A DNA stretch of 64,000 nucleotides, taken from Camelus dromedarius (Eukaryota). Location: the NCBI RefSeq assembly GCF_036321535.1, contig NC_087437.1:47432001-47496000 (forward strand), read 5' to 3'. Shown here one piece after another: positions 12,941-26,027 of the stretch (the stretch's first letter is position 1; each line of letters starts with the position of its first letter). The translations under genes were made by a program, and so were the position numbers. The notes beneath the pieces were generated by a model, which searched no databases, was not told the origin of the DNA, and was given only the letters and a program-made list of their open reading frames with translations.

Positions 12941-14166
12941 AAACAAGGGAGCATGAATTCAGGACTTATCTATTCAAAAACCTCAACTGATTTTAAATGA
13001 TCAGTTCTCAAATTACCCATACTCCCAGGAGAGATGAAAATAAATGACTAGAATTCACAACTCATACCCCAATTCTGAGTAACTGAATTTTAGAGAGGTT
13101 AAGTAACATGCCCAAGAACACACAGGTGACAGAACAGGGACCAGTTATCTTAGTGTGTACTTTTTCTAAACATTAGAAATACCTAATAAAAGACTTTAAA
13201 ATGTCTCCTTCTAAATGTTTGGAAATTTAATAAAAGACTTTAAAATGTGCTGCTAGCTTATTGAATCAGAAAACATTATGTTCTCCAAAATAAATTGTAT
13301 GGGAAAACCTTAGAATTATGTAGTACAGGTTTTATATTTTCAGCACAATTTACACCTGTGCTAACATTTGCTCCTGTATATAACTTTTAAATTTTCAACA
13401 GTCTTTGATGAGAGATTTTTTTCTAGTCCTTCCTTCCAGTTTGGGACTTTCATTGACTATCATTTTAATTTAGTTTCCATGTTTGTTGTTCACACACCCA
13501 AAAATGTTTGGATAATGGATTTTTTTAAAGCAAAATAGACATTTTTAAAAATAAAAAAAAAAACCCCACTCACACACATATGTGTTTATATACATACACA
13601 CCTACATGTGTATCCTGAAGGCTGATCCACCACTTTTCCCACTCTGCACACTTTAGCAACTAAAGCCATAAAAGAATACACTCCTCAGTATCTCCCAGAT
13701 ATGTCTGCCTTTGCTTTATTTAAGGATAAAAACTCCTTTCTTCCACTAGGTGGTTTTCAGCCAAAGATCCTGCTTCCAAGGGAGCATACCAACCACACAA
13801 ATGACTAACTGTAAGATTTAGAGAGTCCACAGGGTGGCACTAGATACCTTTGGTCAAAGTCCATAAGCTAGTAGCTATTTCTAGAAAACAGGGATAGAGA
13901 AGAGCCTCTGGCACCAGCAAAGATTAAAACCTGAAGCTAACATGAAAGACATCTTGTTCCTGTCTGGAGGAGTGGCTGCCAGCCAACATTTGAAACTCTA
14001 ATTACACACTTCAAGATTTATCCGAAATGCCAAGCAGAAGTTATAGACTGCCCGTGGTGGAGCATATTTCTTCCAGTGGCAAATTTCCATCTCTTTCCTT
14101 TGGACATACTTCATTACAAGTATTTGATCACCTTAAACATATTTCCACATACACCCCCTCAATATC

Positions 14167-14171
<5 letters not shown>

Positions 14172-14197
<26 letters not shown>
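14172..14197. repeat. (CA)n microsatellite; similar ones at about 20140, 20340-20420, 35370-35410, 37481-37520, 56831-56856 and 59582-59645
   Basis: Seen directly in the sequence. Confidence 0.95.
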
Positions 14198-15378
14198 ATG
14201 CAGTGTATTTTTTTTTAGGTGATTATTTTCTGGTGAAGGTAAGGACTCAATCACATCTCCATTAAATAATATTTACATTTCACAATAATTACCTGCCTTC
14301 ATCTTTTTCTAAGGTCTTGATTTTCAACAGTTTATGAATATCTCACAAATAGGAATAAAACTTGGTGGGTTAAATCTCAACTCAGATGATAAAAATCTTA
14401 AAACTTACCACAAGAAGATATATTTCTGCTCTCTTTACAATCCTTTATCAATTTATAATAGGTTGGGAAAATTCAATGCTAGTCTTTTCCATATAGGCAA
14501 CTTTAAAAGATAACACCCCATGCTTGACCTTGAATAGATTTTCATCAAACAGATAAGTCTCAGAAATGCCTGAAGGAAGAAAAGCTCTTGTGGTTTAAGA
14601 CTTTATTTTTATGCCCATTAGCATGGGTTTCTTTCATGCTAAAAATCACTTGGAGATGATTTAATAAAAGGTGCTGCTGCCTTGAGTATTTTACAACACA
14701 CAGATTCAATGTGATCCTTTCACTTCATTCAGAAACATTTTTCCTTGCAGACACAAGAATTTCTCCCACGACAGTAAGTGTATGTGTCTTGCATCCTGAT
14801 TAAACAAACCGTAACAGCACCTTCCAGCCCTATAATCTTCTTTTTCAAATGAGCATTTAAATTCTAAAGCACATTGCATACAGCTAACCAGAATGCTTAA
14901 AAGACCATACCTCAATATATTGTTTATATAAGCTGATTATATTTGTAAGAGTATTTTACATGTGAAACACCCAAAGGATTGGTGGGCATATATGCCTTTT
15001 TAATGTGTTTATTTCCAGAAGCAGCAGTTATGGTCGCGCTAAGCCTAACTTTGCTCAGAATTTGAAGGGAAGATAAACTTTAAAATATACCAATAAAATT
15101 AAGAACTTGCTCTAGTCCCAGGCTAACTTTCAGAGACGGGGGGAATGGGTAGTGTGGGCAGCTGGGTCAATTCTACGGCAAGCCCAAGAGCTGACAACAC
15201 TCTGCGTGAGTTCAAGAAGCAGGTGGCAGAACACGTATGTGCAGACTGACGAATGGTGAATACACTGCCATCAACCATCTGCATCAAAAATAACACCTCA
15301 GCACCTCGGTGCTGAGTACCTGCTTCCCTTGATCTCCCACTCATAACCAAACAATTTGCAGACAAGACTCAGAAACTT

Positions 15379-15384
15379 TTTATT
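15379..15384 (-). terminator. Candidate distal poly(A) signal
   Basis: AATAAA followed on the minus strand by aagtttctgagtcttgtctgcaaattgtttggttatg (GU-rich downstream element). Confidence 0.55.
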
Positions 15385-17469
15385 AAATTGAACACAAAAT
15401 GACTGTCATAATAACGTCAAGCCTTTATCAGAAATCAGTACATAAGTGAGGATACACAGCCAAAATGAGCCATCAACATAAGCAGTGTAAATTTTGAATA
15501 ACTTTCAGATTCCTCTATTCAATATGCTGAATAAAATAAAACCAAAAGAGCAATTTCAATTTCACAATTCACAGTTGATTGGTTTTAACCTCATGACACG
15601 TTTGTCATTTATGAAGCCTCAGAGCACAGATTTCCCCAGTAGTCACTGGGAAACATATACACAGATGTTAAACCCCTGTATGACATTTAGAGAAAACTGT
15701 GGGAAACAGTCCCAATTTCATACAGTTTGGGCTGGCATTTTTTAGCTCTATCCTCTACCAGAGGCATTGTTCTAGTGAAATAGCAAAAGCAGTTTTAAAA
15801 GTTTGCCATGCCGTTAGATGAAGGGTTCTAAAGTCCCCCCTTGGTTTTCCATGATTTTATTCTCTAATTTAAAACAGTATCTGCACTAAAATGCAACCTT
15901 AACAGTGAAAGCAAAATCAGTTTTGCTTCTGGATCTAGAGCATACATCCAAGAGAGGCAACTTGCTGTCCTAGCAGATACACGGAATGCTTCAGAGCAGA
16001 GTCTGACATGCTCTAGTAAGGCATTTCAAAGCAGACACACAACCATACCCAAATTAAATTATGATGATCAGCTGAGGATACCACAAGGGGAACACCAAGG
16101 AACACAGAATCAACATGAAATTCTTACAAAATGACAGACTAATTTACAAAAACCACAGAAAGGTGCTCAAGTACCAAAAGAAGGTAAAACAATGACCAGC
16201 CACTCTAAAAGAGTTTTGTTCCCGTAAATGCCAGATTTTCAGAGTAGAAATAAATCACTTCATGTGTGCTTTGCCCTAGGTAATATCGTTCATCTGGACA
16301 CATGGGATGGGGTTACTTTTGCTTAAAAAAATATATCACGTAGAGAATATACATATAATCAGTGATATAGAACATTTCTTTTCACTAGTGAGGGGGTCAC
16401 TTAAGCACTTACATAGAAAATTATGAGTGAATCATGAGGGTTATTTAAATGCAAAAGGAAATCTGATAAAACCTGTATTATTAGTTAGGATTCAAAAGCA
16501 AAGTGAGGTTTTTAGCAGCTGCATTGATTCAATGAGGAAAATTCATGCAAAAATTTCAAAGTTCAAAGAATTGTGAAATGTTGAAAAATAAAAGTCTAAT
16601 TAGTAAAAATACACATTTTCACTTTAAGGGTCCCAAAGGAAGTGTTCAGTTATTTTGAAAGCCATGAATCTTATTAAACAAGCACAAGAATATGAATCAG
16701 GAATACTGAAGTTTCAGTTCTGACTTACCCACTGAATCTTCCCAACAAGTCACTTAAATTCTTCACATTTTGTCCACATACACAAAAAAAAAGGCATAAA
16801 AATAAAGGTATATGTCAATTTTTTTTTCCTAAACAGGACTAGAGTAAAGCTAAAGATGGTTACTAAGGCTCACAATTTCAACAACTCAGTGTACAGTACA
16901 ATCATTTTTAATCCTGCTAATTATGGCTGGAGAGAGGGCATGGGCAGTTAGAATTCTGAAGGAATTCAAAGGCTTTGGATAAATTAATGGTTTCAACTTT
17001 CTCAACTACTTAATCAGTTCTAGAGTTGTTTAATACAGCTAATCATCTGTGGGGTTGACTCTTCACGCATCTCTACTTCCCAGTAGAACAGGTGAAAGCA
17101 GTAAAAGGAGAAAGGACACCAAGGAAAAAGCAGCCATAGATTGAAATGAGGTATAAGCTGATTTAATAAACCCTAACTGGTCATTTACAGTTTTTTTTTT
17201 AAAGAAGCTGCATAGTTCAGCAAAAATACATCATAAGAGGAGGGGTTAAGAAAAAATTCTTATCGTGAAGCTTTAAAATGTATGACAATGAAGCATTTAA
17301 AATGACCAACACTAGAAAACTTCAGTTTGAAAAGGAGTCTCCCCTCACTTGAAGCACATACAAAAACAGAAACTGGAAAGCCAGAGTCCACAAGAGACAA
17401 AGACCTATGTTAATTGGCTCAGGTTATCAACTTCACACACTGCTTTTTAAAAGATTTTAATATTCAAAC

Positions 17470-17715
17470 AAATGTTAAACTCTAGTTAATAACACCTATG
17501 CTGAACTGTTTAAGGGAAAAATAACATCTGAAATTTACATTAAAATGTGTATTTTTAAACACTCCATTGTTTGATGGGTGAATATAGGTTCAGACAGAAA
17601 TGCAGGAATGCAAGTACAATAAAATGTTGACGGTAAAACCTAGCGGTGGGTATACTGTAAAATTTTTCAACTCTAATGGATGTTTTAAATTTTTCATAAT
17701 AAAATGTTGAGGAAA
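17470..17715 (+). mobile_element. Ancient L1 3'-end fragment within the ZMAT3 3' UTR (antisense to the mRNA)
   Basis: aaactctagttaataa...ggtgggtatactgtaaaatttttcaactc...tttttcataataaaatgtt resembles L1ME/MD 3' ends. Confidence 0.55.
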
Positions 17716-20700
17716 ATGTTAGTATTTCTACAATAAAATTAATTTAGCAGTGTGTTTTAAAAATTCAAAGTACTCAGGCAATTTAGAATTTTAAATTAAG
17801 TGGGAATATTTTGCTTTAAAATATCTTGAACCTGATTTGTGAAGATGCCTGTTTTTAATATAGAGATGAACTAGCACAATTACTAAGTATTAAGAGTTTT
17901 ACTCAATATCAAATTGAGATTGCATGAAGAAACAAAAAAGATGTAGAACATAGAATTCACACAAACCTTTGCTATCCCAAGCTCCTGTTTTATGAATTGT
18001 GATTAATGGCAATAACTCTATCATCTCTCTGTGAAATGCTAAAACTTGCTAAAGGCACTCATATTCTGGGCTTAACGGAGACAGGGTCACATGGGACCAT
18101 AAGCCAGTGTTTTTTTGGTAGCCACTCAGAAAGGGAGTTGATAAATGATCCTCCCATTCATAACGGGAAGACACAGTCAGTTATCAGTAGAAATGTCGTA
18201 TGAGAAGCTATTTACACAGCTATTTGTCCATTCAGTTAGATTGATAGTAATAGCTCACAATGGAGTTCACTGCCAAAAAAAAAGCCCTAAAGCAAAAACA
18301 AAGCATTCTTAAGCATTCTTTACTATGTATGAAACTCCTGAATGGTGACTTGGCTGTAAAAAAAAAAAATTTGGTAGGGTGGAATATTTTCAAAATAACT
18401 ATTCAGAGGCCCACACTAAATTTTTACCTATACTAACAAAACATTTCTCTATTTCTAAAGCACCTCTGTTGTCTTTAGTATATGTGCCACCAAATTTTTT
18501 AGAAAGTACTCCCAGCCTATGTTCTGACACTGAGGAAACTAAACACATTAGGTTCCAAATCCATCACTCCTAAGCCCGTGTGTAGAGGATACTATGCAGA
18601 ACAGTTACATGTCTCCCCTGGACAAGCGAGACTCATTTTATATGGGTCACTGGACAGTCCTCAAACTGTCATTGCTCACAGTCCCAGCCAATTCAGGAGT
18701 GAAGCAATCATTAATCCCACCACTAATCCTTAGAATCTATCTGCGGAGGAAGATTTAACCAGGTATAGACACACATATCCATTTATCTTTGTTCAAAGTA
18801 CAGATAGGTAGCCATAAGCAAGCACACAGTTTTGCAGAAGAGCTTTGTAAAGTAAGGTGGACAATGTCATGCTTTCCTTTTAGCTGTTTAAGTCAGAGGG
18901 ACATAAGGATGGTCTCAGATTGCCATGATTCTTCATCCAGTCTCAGGGTTTCAAAAACTCTAAACAGTTTTCTAGGCTCACCAACTAATGAAATGGGGAA
19001 ATAGAGAGGAAGAGTTGGAGGAGGAACTTTTTCAAAATGAATGGTATAAAACAACTATTCACCTTGCAGAATTCAGTGCAATAAGAGACAAGCAGACAAA
19101 TGTCCTAAACAACATGCACATATTTACAAGTTGTAATACATGATACACAAAGATGAGACCAATAAAGTATTTTCTGTTCAACGTAGAGTCTAAAGGATTA
19201 CCTGGCACACTCAGTTGTGCAGCTGAACTTTAAAAAAAAACCACTTTGAAGGCATAAGCAATCCAATCTTTTAATTGGAACACTGAATTTTTTCCTTTAC
19301 AATTTCTTGCCCTCAATATCTTCGAAGAGTTTCTAATTGTTATCTTCTAACATTGAGTTTTGAAATGACAACTTACACACAGATAGTCACAGGGAAAAGA
19401 GACTTTGATGCTATGCGTTCTTGCAGATGAATACTGAAATCTATTTGACTTATTTGGCTAAAGGTTTTCCGTTGATTAGGCCTCTTGTCCATCCTTGTAC
19501 ACAACATAAAAAAGATACTAGTATCATTCCTGGGGAGCACAGGCTGCAAATTTTAAAGCACATTACAGAACAGGACTCAATTTCACAAAATGAAATCAAT
19601 GGAGATCACATATCACTGACTGCAGTAGTAACCACAGTCTTCTTTGACAGGGAAAAACACTGTCTTTAAGGAATGCATGAGTATGAGAAACTGTACCATG
19701 CAGAGATGGATTTATTTAGGCGTTTCCTTTGTGACATCTCTGTCACCTTTTGTTTCACTCAAGGAACACAGGAGACTATTGCAAGGTAACAAGCCCAAAA
19801 CACAACCCATTATCACAGAGATCTGTGATTTTTATGGGGGGGAGGGGATGTGTATATAATCTCTATAAATGATCCTGGAAGTTATCAACTTCCTAGAAAT
19901 TAAGGAGCAAACTGAGCTATTGTAGGCAATATGGTATTTAAAGTGTCATATAAAACAAACACATAGCTCTTTTTTAGTGCAAAGAAATATAACAAGTAAG
20001 AAATAACGCTATAAATCTAACTTTCTTCTTTAAAAGAAAATGCGTTTATGCATTCATAACATCCATTAAGGGCACTGAGAGACTAGAAACCTGAATATGC
20101 AAGGCCAGGATAACCTTCAAGGCCTTAAGTCCACTGCTTTGTGTGTGTGTGTGTGTGTATTTATATATGAAATTGTTAAGTGGGGAGAGTAGGGCAAATC
20201 TTTCCTCTAATTTTATTTGCTAAGGAAAAACTGAAAGTGGATGAATGCCACTTTCACAAAATGTAAGTTCTTATCCACAATCTTTTACTATTATCTGAAA
20301 TAAAGATTTGATGAAATTTTCTCTATGGTATCACACAAAATTATATATACACAGTTATATATGTGTGTGTGTGTATATGTATATAAATACATATATATAT
20401 ACACACATACATATACATACAAAGAGAGGAGGGAAAGTGAGGTTTTTAAATAATCATAGAGCCATGTGGCCAGCACTGTAATATTAAAATCTACCAAAAA
20501 AGTATACTTAGCAGCAAAATGAGTAAACTACTGACCAATAAGATAAGCTCTAAATTGCCCTAAAATAATCAATTATACTTCACAGATTACTGGAAAAAGG
20601 GTTATCATACTAAGAGTCACAGATGTAGCGAGAATTCAACAGAACATTATTTCATTCTTTTGTTTCTGGGAGAAAATAAAATTACTAAACAATTCTGCTT

Positions 20701-21913
20701 TTCAAAAAACCACCACTTCAATGGAACAGTAACTTGTTAGTGTACCAGAGGTTAATTGCAAAACTGAATTTTAAATATGGGTCTAGATTGTTCAAAAATT
20801 GTTCAGAAGTTCTAAAGGAAAGGAATGATGATTATAATTTTCCTTCTCCCCAACTCTTTGCCTATAGAATTCTCAAGGAAGATTAGGAGTTTTATTTTTA
20901 ATTAGTAATATAAGCAATAAAAAGTGAATTTACCATAGTGCAAAGATACTGCTCAATATAAAGTTCCTGGTGAACGTGACCTTTCAAAAAAGTAGAGATG
21001 AACTTACGGTCTTATCCACGTCAATACAGTAAATAGGTAAATACAGTTAATGAAAGTTCAGAGAGTCCTCTATTAGTTAATCTAAGTATAACACTAGAGC
21101 TATTTTTAAAAAAACAGAACAAAAATAATAATACTGTTGTAATTATTAGATATGAAAGTAATCTATAATATATTTTCATTATCTTCAAGGAAGCTGAATC
21201 ATAAAGGATAAAGCCAAAGTTCATGTATTTTTCTATTAGAAATGATGATACTGAAATTTGACTAACTTAAAAAAAATTCCTCTGCATCTGGGAAACAGTA
21301 AGGTCATGGTATTTTTCAGGACAGTCAACAAACTAGCAAGACAAAAAAGAATGTAAGTAAAATGTAAGGATCAGTTTATCTTAAAAAGTTTACCAAGACA
21401 AATATTAAGAGATCAGAACATATGGTTGAGGTCATCATATAAGTACATGTTATTATCATGAAATAAGTGAAAAATCAAACACATATTTCATTTCCTAAAA
21501 CCAGATGAAAAAATACATATATAAAAACTCACTGGATATTCAAATGTGGGGCTTGGAAAACCTACAACATAGCTGGGCCATGAAAATGAACTTATTAGAT
21601 AAGCTAATTCAACTAGGGGAGAGAAAAAGAGGATGAAAGAAGATGAATTAAAATGTGTGAAACTGAAAGCTGGAAATGAAGTTTCGCTCTTTTGAAGTAC
21701 ACAAGCACATTAGGAATGTCTGAATCCAAGAAAACCTGCATGTCAGTAAAGGGGGGACATGATAAAAACTATCCTGAGAAGGACTCTATTGCAGTTTATA
21801 CAGTGAATTCTATGGAAAATACATCGAGTTGAGGTGGATTCCAAAGAAGCCTTGGAAAACTGAAACCTCTGCTTACCTGTTTTCACTGTGATCTGAAGAA
21901 TTCAATACAATTA

Positions 21914-21919
21914 TTTATT
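21914..21919 (-). terminator. Candidate proximal poly(A) signal
   Basis: AATAAA about 355 nt after the stop, with UGUA motifs and a U-rich tract just upstream. Confidence 0.5.
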
Positions 21920-22273
21920 TAACAGTACATTACACTAAAGTTGAAAAAAAAAAAAAGACAAAGTTTTTAAATAGTTAAAGCTCTAAGTGGTCAGGCTACA
22001 GTTGACCAGAACTTGGTCAAGATAAGTTATTTCTCATGGGGTAGGTAGGTCACAGGCTCTAAGCAGCTCAACGCAACTGACCTGAAAAAACATCATGACT
22101 TAAGTACGTTCTCTTCATTCTCCAGTTTTGACCCCTCATGGTACCACTGCAAGGTTACATGTATTAACATTAGGCAGAGAAATGTACTCATATCAAAAGA
22201 ATCACAAAGCAGGGCATGTTGACAGAAGGCAAACCACAGGCAGGACAAGCTCTCTACTTGAATATGACAATCA

Positions 22274-22485
22274 TTATACGTAGCCCAGATTCTCCATCTC
22301 ATTCCTGTACCGCTGTTCAGACACCTTGCTTTTATGTTGCTTGCTCTCCAAATGCTGCCGGAACTCCACTTCTTCACCAGCCCCAACGTTACACATGGAG
22401 CAGTAAAACTGGCCACTTGGAGTAACGCACATGGCAAGATCACGTGGAATTCTCTGCCGAGAGCGGGGATTGAAGTAAGGACCTG
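22274..22485 (-). CDS. ZMAT3: ZMAT3 last coding exon (zinc finger 3 and stop)
   Basis: Translates to (A)GPYFNPRSRQRIPRDLAMCVTPSGQFYCSMCNVGAGEEVEFRQHLESKQHKSKVSEQRYRNEMENLGYV*. TAA at 22276-22274 is followed by TGA. The acceptor is a tandem tag|CAG|. The five exons sum to 870 nt, or 289 aa plus stop. Confidence 0.98.
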
Positions 22486-24389
22486 CTAAAAAAAGACAAA
22501 AATAATGTATTCACCTCAAAATATTCACCAAGTGAATGGAGGCTGACCAATTATCACTATAATTTGTAACTCCAAGCTGAAAGTATAGATTCCTAGCTTT
22601 AAAAGAATGTAATGTTAATGGGTTTTTGAAATTACAAGTTTATTCAGATTCAATCTTAAAAACTAAAATGATTCCTCCAACCATTGTCAGAAACGTTACT
22701 GTGGGGCCAAACCCAAACTCTAAATGGCAATGTCTCTAAAAAGTGAATATAATTTAAAAAATAATTTCCAAGCATATCAAGAGTTGTATGATTATGCTAA
22801 TTCTTTAATCCAATTCTACTTCTAAGAATTATACTAAGAAAATGTTGAGAATTTTTGCACAGAGATTTATCAGAAAGGATATTTATTTCATTAGACTTGA
22901 TAAAAGCTTTTTTTTGGGGGGGTGAGGGAAAAGGAAAGATCCAAAAATATGACTCAAAAAATTAAGTGATGAATGCAATGAAAAACTATACAGTCACTAA
23001 AAACAATGTTATAGAAAATTCTTTAATTATAATATTTGATTATAATATGCTATTAAGTAAAATAAGAATATCATAAAATATGATCAAATCTCTATTTTAC
23101 AGAAGTAATATACACAAAGAACTGGAATGATATATACAAAAATGTTGGTAGAATTATTGATAATTTTATTTTCTTTTTTTACATAACTAAGTTCAATAAT
23201 TTTCTGTTTTTCTTTTCTAGTATAATAATAAATATTTAAGGCTTTTCTCAAAATATTACTTTAACTGCATGCTACAAATTTTGATACATTTTTATTACTG
23301 TTTGGTTCTAAGAATTTTCAATTACCAGTATGATTTCTTCTGTGGCCCATGAGTTATTTAGATATGTTTAAAATTTTCCAAACACATAAAAATTTTGTTT
23401 GCTTATTCAGATTTTTATAACTGACATCTCATTTAATTGTACTCTGATCAGAGAACATGAGTCTAAACTGCCTTCTGTCCTAGTTTTTTAATCTAATATT
23501 AACACAGGTTTCCTTCACTTCAGTTGAGTATTTTTTATTTAATCTTACAGTCTTTTTCTTTTAACTGGGACTTTAGTAAGCTTACATTTATTGCAGTGAC
23601 CTGGTATATGTTTTGTCTTTTATTAATCATATTGCATTATGCTTTTTATATGTCCCCTTTTTCTATGCTTCTCTGTCTTCCCAGTTAAGTCTTCTGAGGT
23701 TGCTGTCCGTTTTACTGTTCACACAAATGACCTCTGCTCCTACGGGTATGCGTGGGAGGCAGGGGGAAGGGGAGGGACCATGCAGTCCTACTCTCCCTAG
23801 GGAAGCTAATCGGAAAAAGCAGAAAACACTCTTGCCAACTAGCAGTTCTGAACTGAAGCTATATATAAGAACCACTGAGGAAGCATTTTCAAAACACACA
23901 TATGTCAGAGTCCCACTCTCAATTAACTAACTGAAGATCTCTAAGTCATGGTTCAGCCATGCGTATTTTATAAAAACTCCCCAGGTAATTCTGACTCACT
24001 ACCCTGGTTAAACACTCACTGCTACAATCTTTTTATTTTTCCCAATAAATGGAGATTTAATATGGTGCAACTTTAAACCAAATAGCCCATTTTATTGTTT
24101 AAATTTCTCAGCTGGCAAATAACCAGAAGCATAAAGGTACTATGACCAGAGACCTTAAAGCATAGACTTGGTTTAAAATCAAAACAAATAATATACTAAA
24201 TAGGAAATAAATAAATAAATAAGTAAACAAGGCCTGAAATAAACACCAGCTTGAAAAGCCACTAGACCAATTCAACAGAATGACAGCTACCCCCGAATTC
24301 TCAGGGCTATCTATTACCATTAAAGGAAACAAAAATAGAGGAGACAATCTGCAGAACGCAGCCAAGGTATGTGGAAATCCACAGGGTAC

Positions 24390-24490
24390 CTGAATTATTC
24401 TGTACTGCATACACATTTCTCCTATTAGACATCATCTTGTATTCATTCCCTTCCTTCCGGGTCCGCCGCTGACCGATGTCTGAGGGCTCT
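24390..24490 (-). CDS. ZMAT3: ZMAT3 coding exon 5 (basic, NLS-like segment)
   Basis: Translates to (S)EPSDIGQRRTRKEGNEYKMMSNRRNVYAVQNNS plus G. Acceptor ttttctccag; donor CAG|GTACCC; 101 nt, and the frame joins exons 4 and 6 correctly. Confidence 0.97.
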
Positions 24491-24611
24491 CTGGAGAAAA
24501 GAAATTTTAAAAGAGTGAGACTTCTAAACCAGGATGCCTTTCTACCCTTTTTCTCTAAAGACAGTTGGTCTCCCAGAACACTCTGGCCTCAGAGAAAGCG
24601 GCAATACCTAC

Positions 24612-24778
24612 GAGAACGAGTTGCTCTGAGCTTCGGCCAGCCGCAGCCTCTTGGCGTGGTTCTTCCCCTGGTAGTGAGCCTGAGCCACCGCCGGAGAACT
24701 GAAGGAGGCGTCACAGAGCTTACAGTAATCATTCTCTGTGGCCAGGATCACTCTGCCTCCTGGCTTAAAGGAGCCCAT
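24612..24778 (-). CDS. ZMAT3: ZMAT3 coding exon 4 (zinc finger 2)
   Basis: Translates to MGSFKPGGRVILATENDYCKLCDASFSSPAVAQAHYQGKNHAKRLRLAEAQSNSF plus TC. Acceptor tctttgctgtcag; donor TC|GTAGGT; 167 nt. Confidence 0.98.
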
Positions 24779-26027
24779 CTGACAGCAAAGACACAGGAGA
24801 CAAGGCTTAAAAATGTGGAGTTTGTTCTCTTCTCCTCAAAGTTCCTTCCTTCTACAAGCTGAAAAATAACCTAAGGTTACAGCATGACCACAAGCACTCG
24901 GCTTCACAAGGACAGGATATAATTCATTCCAGAAAGAAAAGAAAAGAAAAAAAGGCTGGGAGACACTTAATCATGGTTTTGCATTATAATCACCTGTGTA
25001 CCAAATTGATGAATGCCTCACTGCCATCTCCATCGAAGAAATTTTAGAAAAGAAGTTAAAAAGCCCAGCATGGAAGATTTAGGGCAGTACAGGTAAGGCC
25101 TAAAATCACATTACCAGAAAGAACGAAGTTCACTCAGAATCCATCAACAAGCATTTACTGAACACCTACTGTTAACAGGGGGCTTGCTACCTAATGCAGA
25201 AGTGATACATAGGCATGTATTTAAAACTCGGCCCCTGTCCTCAGAGAGTCAACAAATTAGTTACAGACATGATATAATTAGAGGGAAATACCCAGAAGAT
25301 CCAGACAATTGTATTCAGGTTGGGAAACAAGTTAAGTGAAACCTAACAGAGTGCTTGGAAAATAATATGCACTCGATAAATATTGCTGGGTTAACAAACG
25401 TGACAAATTAGATTTTGGCTAAAGAAGAATAAAATATTAAACAAAGAATCTAGAAAGCATATCATATCAGGACCAGCTGAAGAAAACAGCACTGTTTCAC
25501 ATGCAAGGGAAGATTTTCTGGGGACAGAATAACTGTCTTCAAAAGTCACAAAGGGCTATGTTAGGAAAGAAGGCTAAGGCTATTTGCCCAGGAGGATGTA
25601 GCCAGCTGAAAACAGTCCCCAGTAGGAAGCAGCCATTCAATTCTAGAGCAGCCTTCAGGAATCAGCACTGTGACAACCACTCAGGCTGAAGATCTCTCTG
25701 GCTATTTTCCTGTCCTCTGATTCTGTTTGTAACATATCTCATTTACTCCACAAATTAATGAGGATGGAGGAAGAGCTGGTGTTGCTATCCACACTGTAAG
25801 TACTGGAAAACTGGCACTCCGAGAAGTAATTATACCCTGATGTTTAGGAGTAGAGGTCTAAGGTCAAGAGAAATCCTTGCTCCACCACATTACAAAATTT
25901 GTAATGCTGTGGAGAAGTTCCTTAGCTTACCTGGGCTTCTAATAAACTCCCAGGTGAGACCAATGTGCTGGTCCAAGGATCACACTTTGAGAAATAAGGC
26001 CAGGTTGTGGCAAGCATGAAATGAAGT

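Larger units (their letters stand above)
15360..22273 (-). other. ZMAT3: Long 3' UTR of ZMAT3 (end approximate; may extend to about 14590 or 13700)
   Basis: Repeat-poor, AT-rich stretch after the stop. Minus-strand AATAAA at 21919-21914, 20896-20891, 15384-15379 (followed by GU/U-rich sequence), 15013-15008, 14607-14602 and 13720-13715. ZMAT3 is known to have a multi-kb 3' UTR. Confidence 0.7.
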
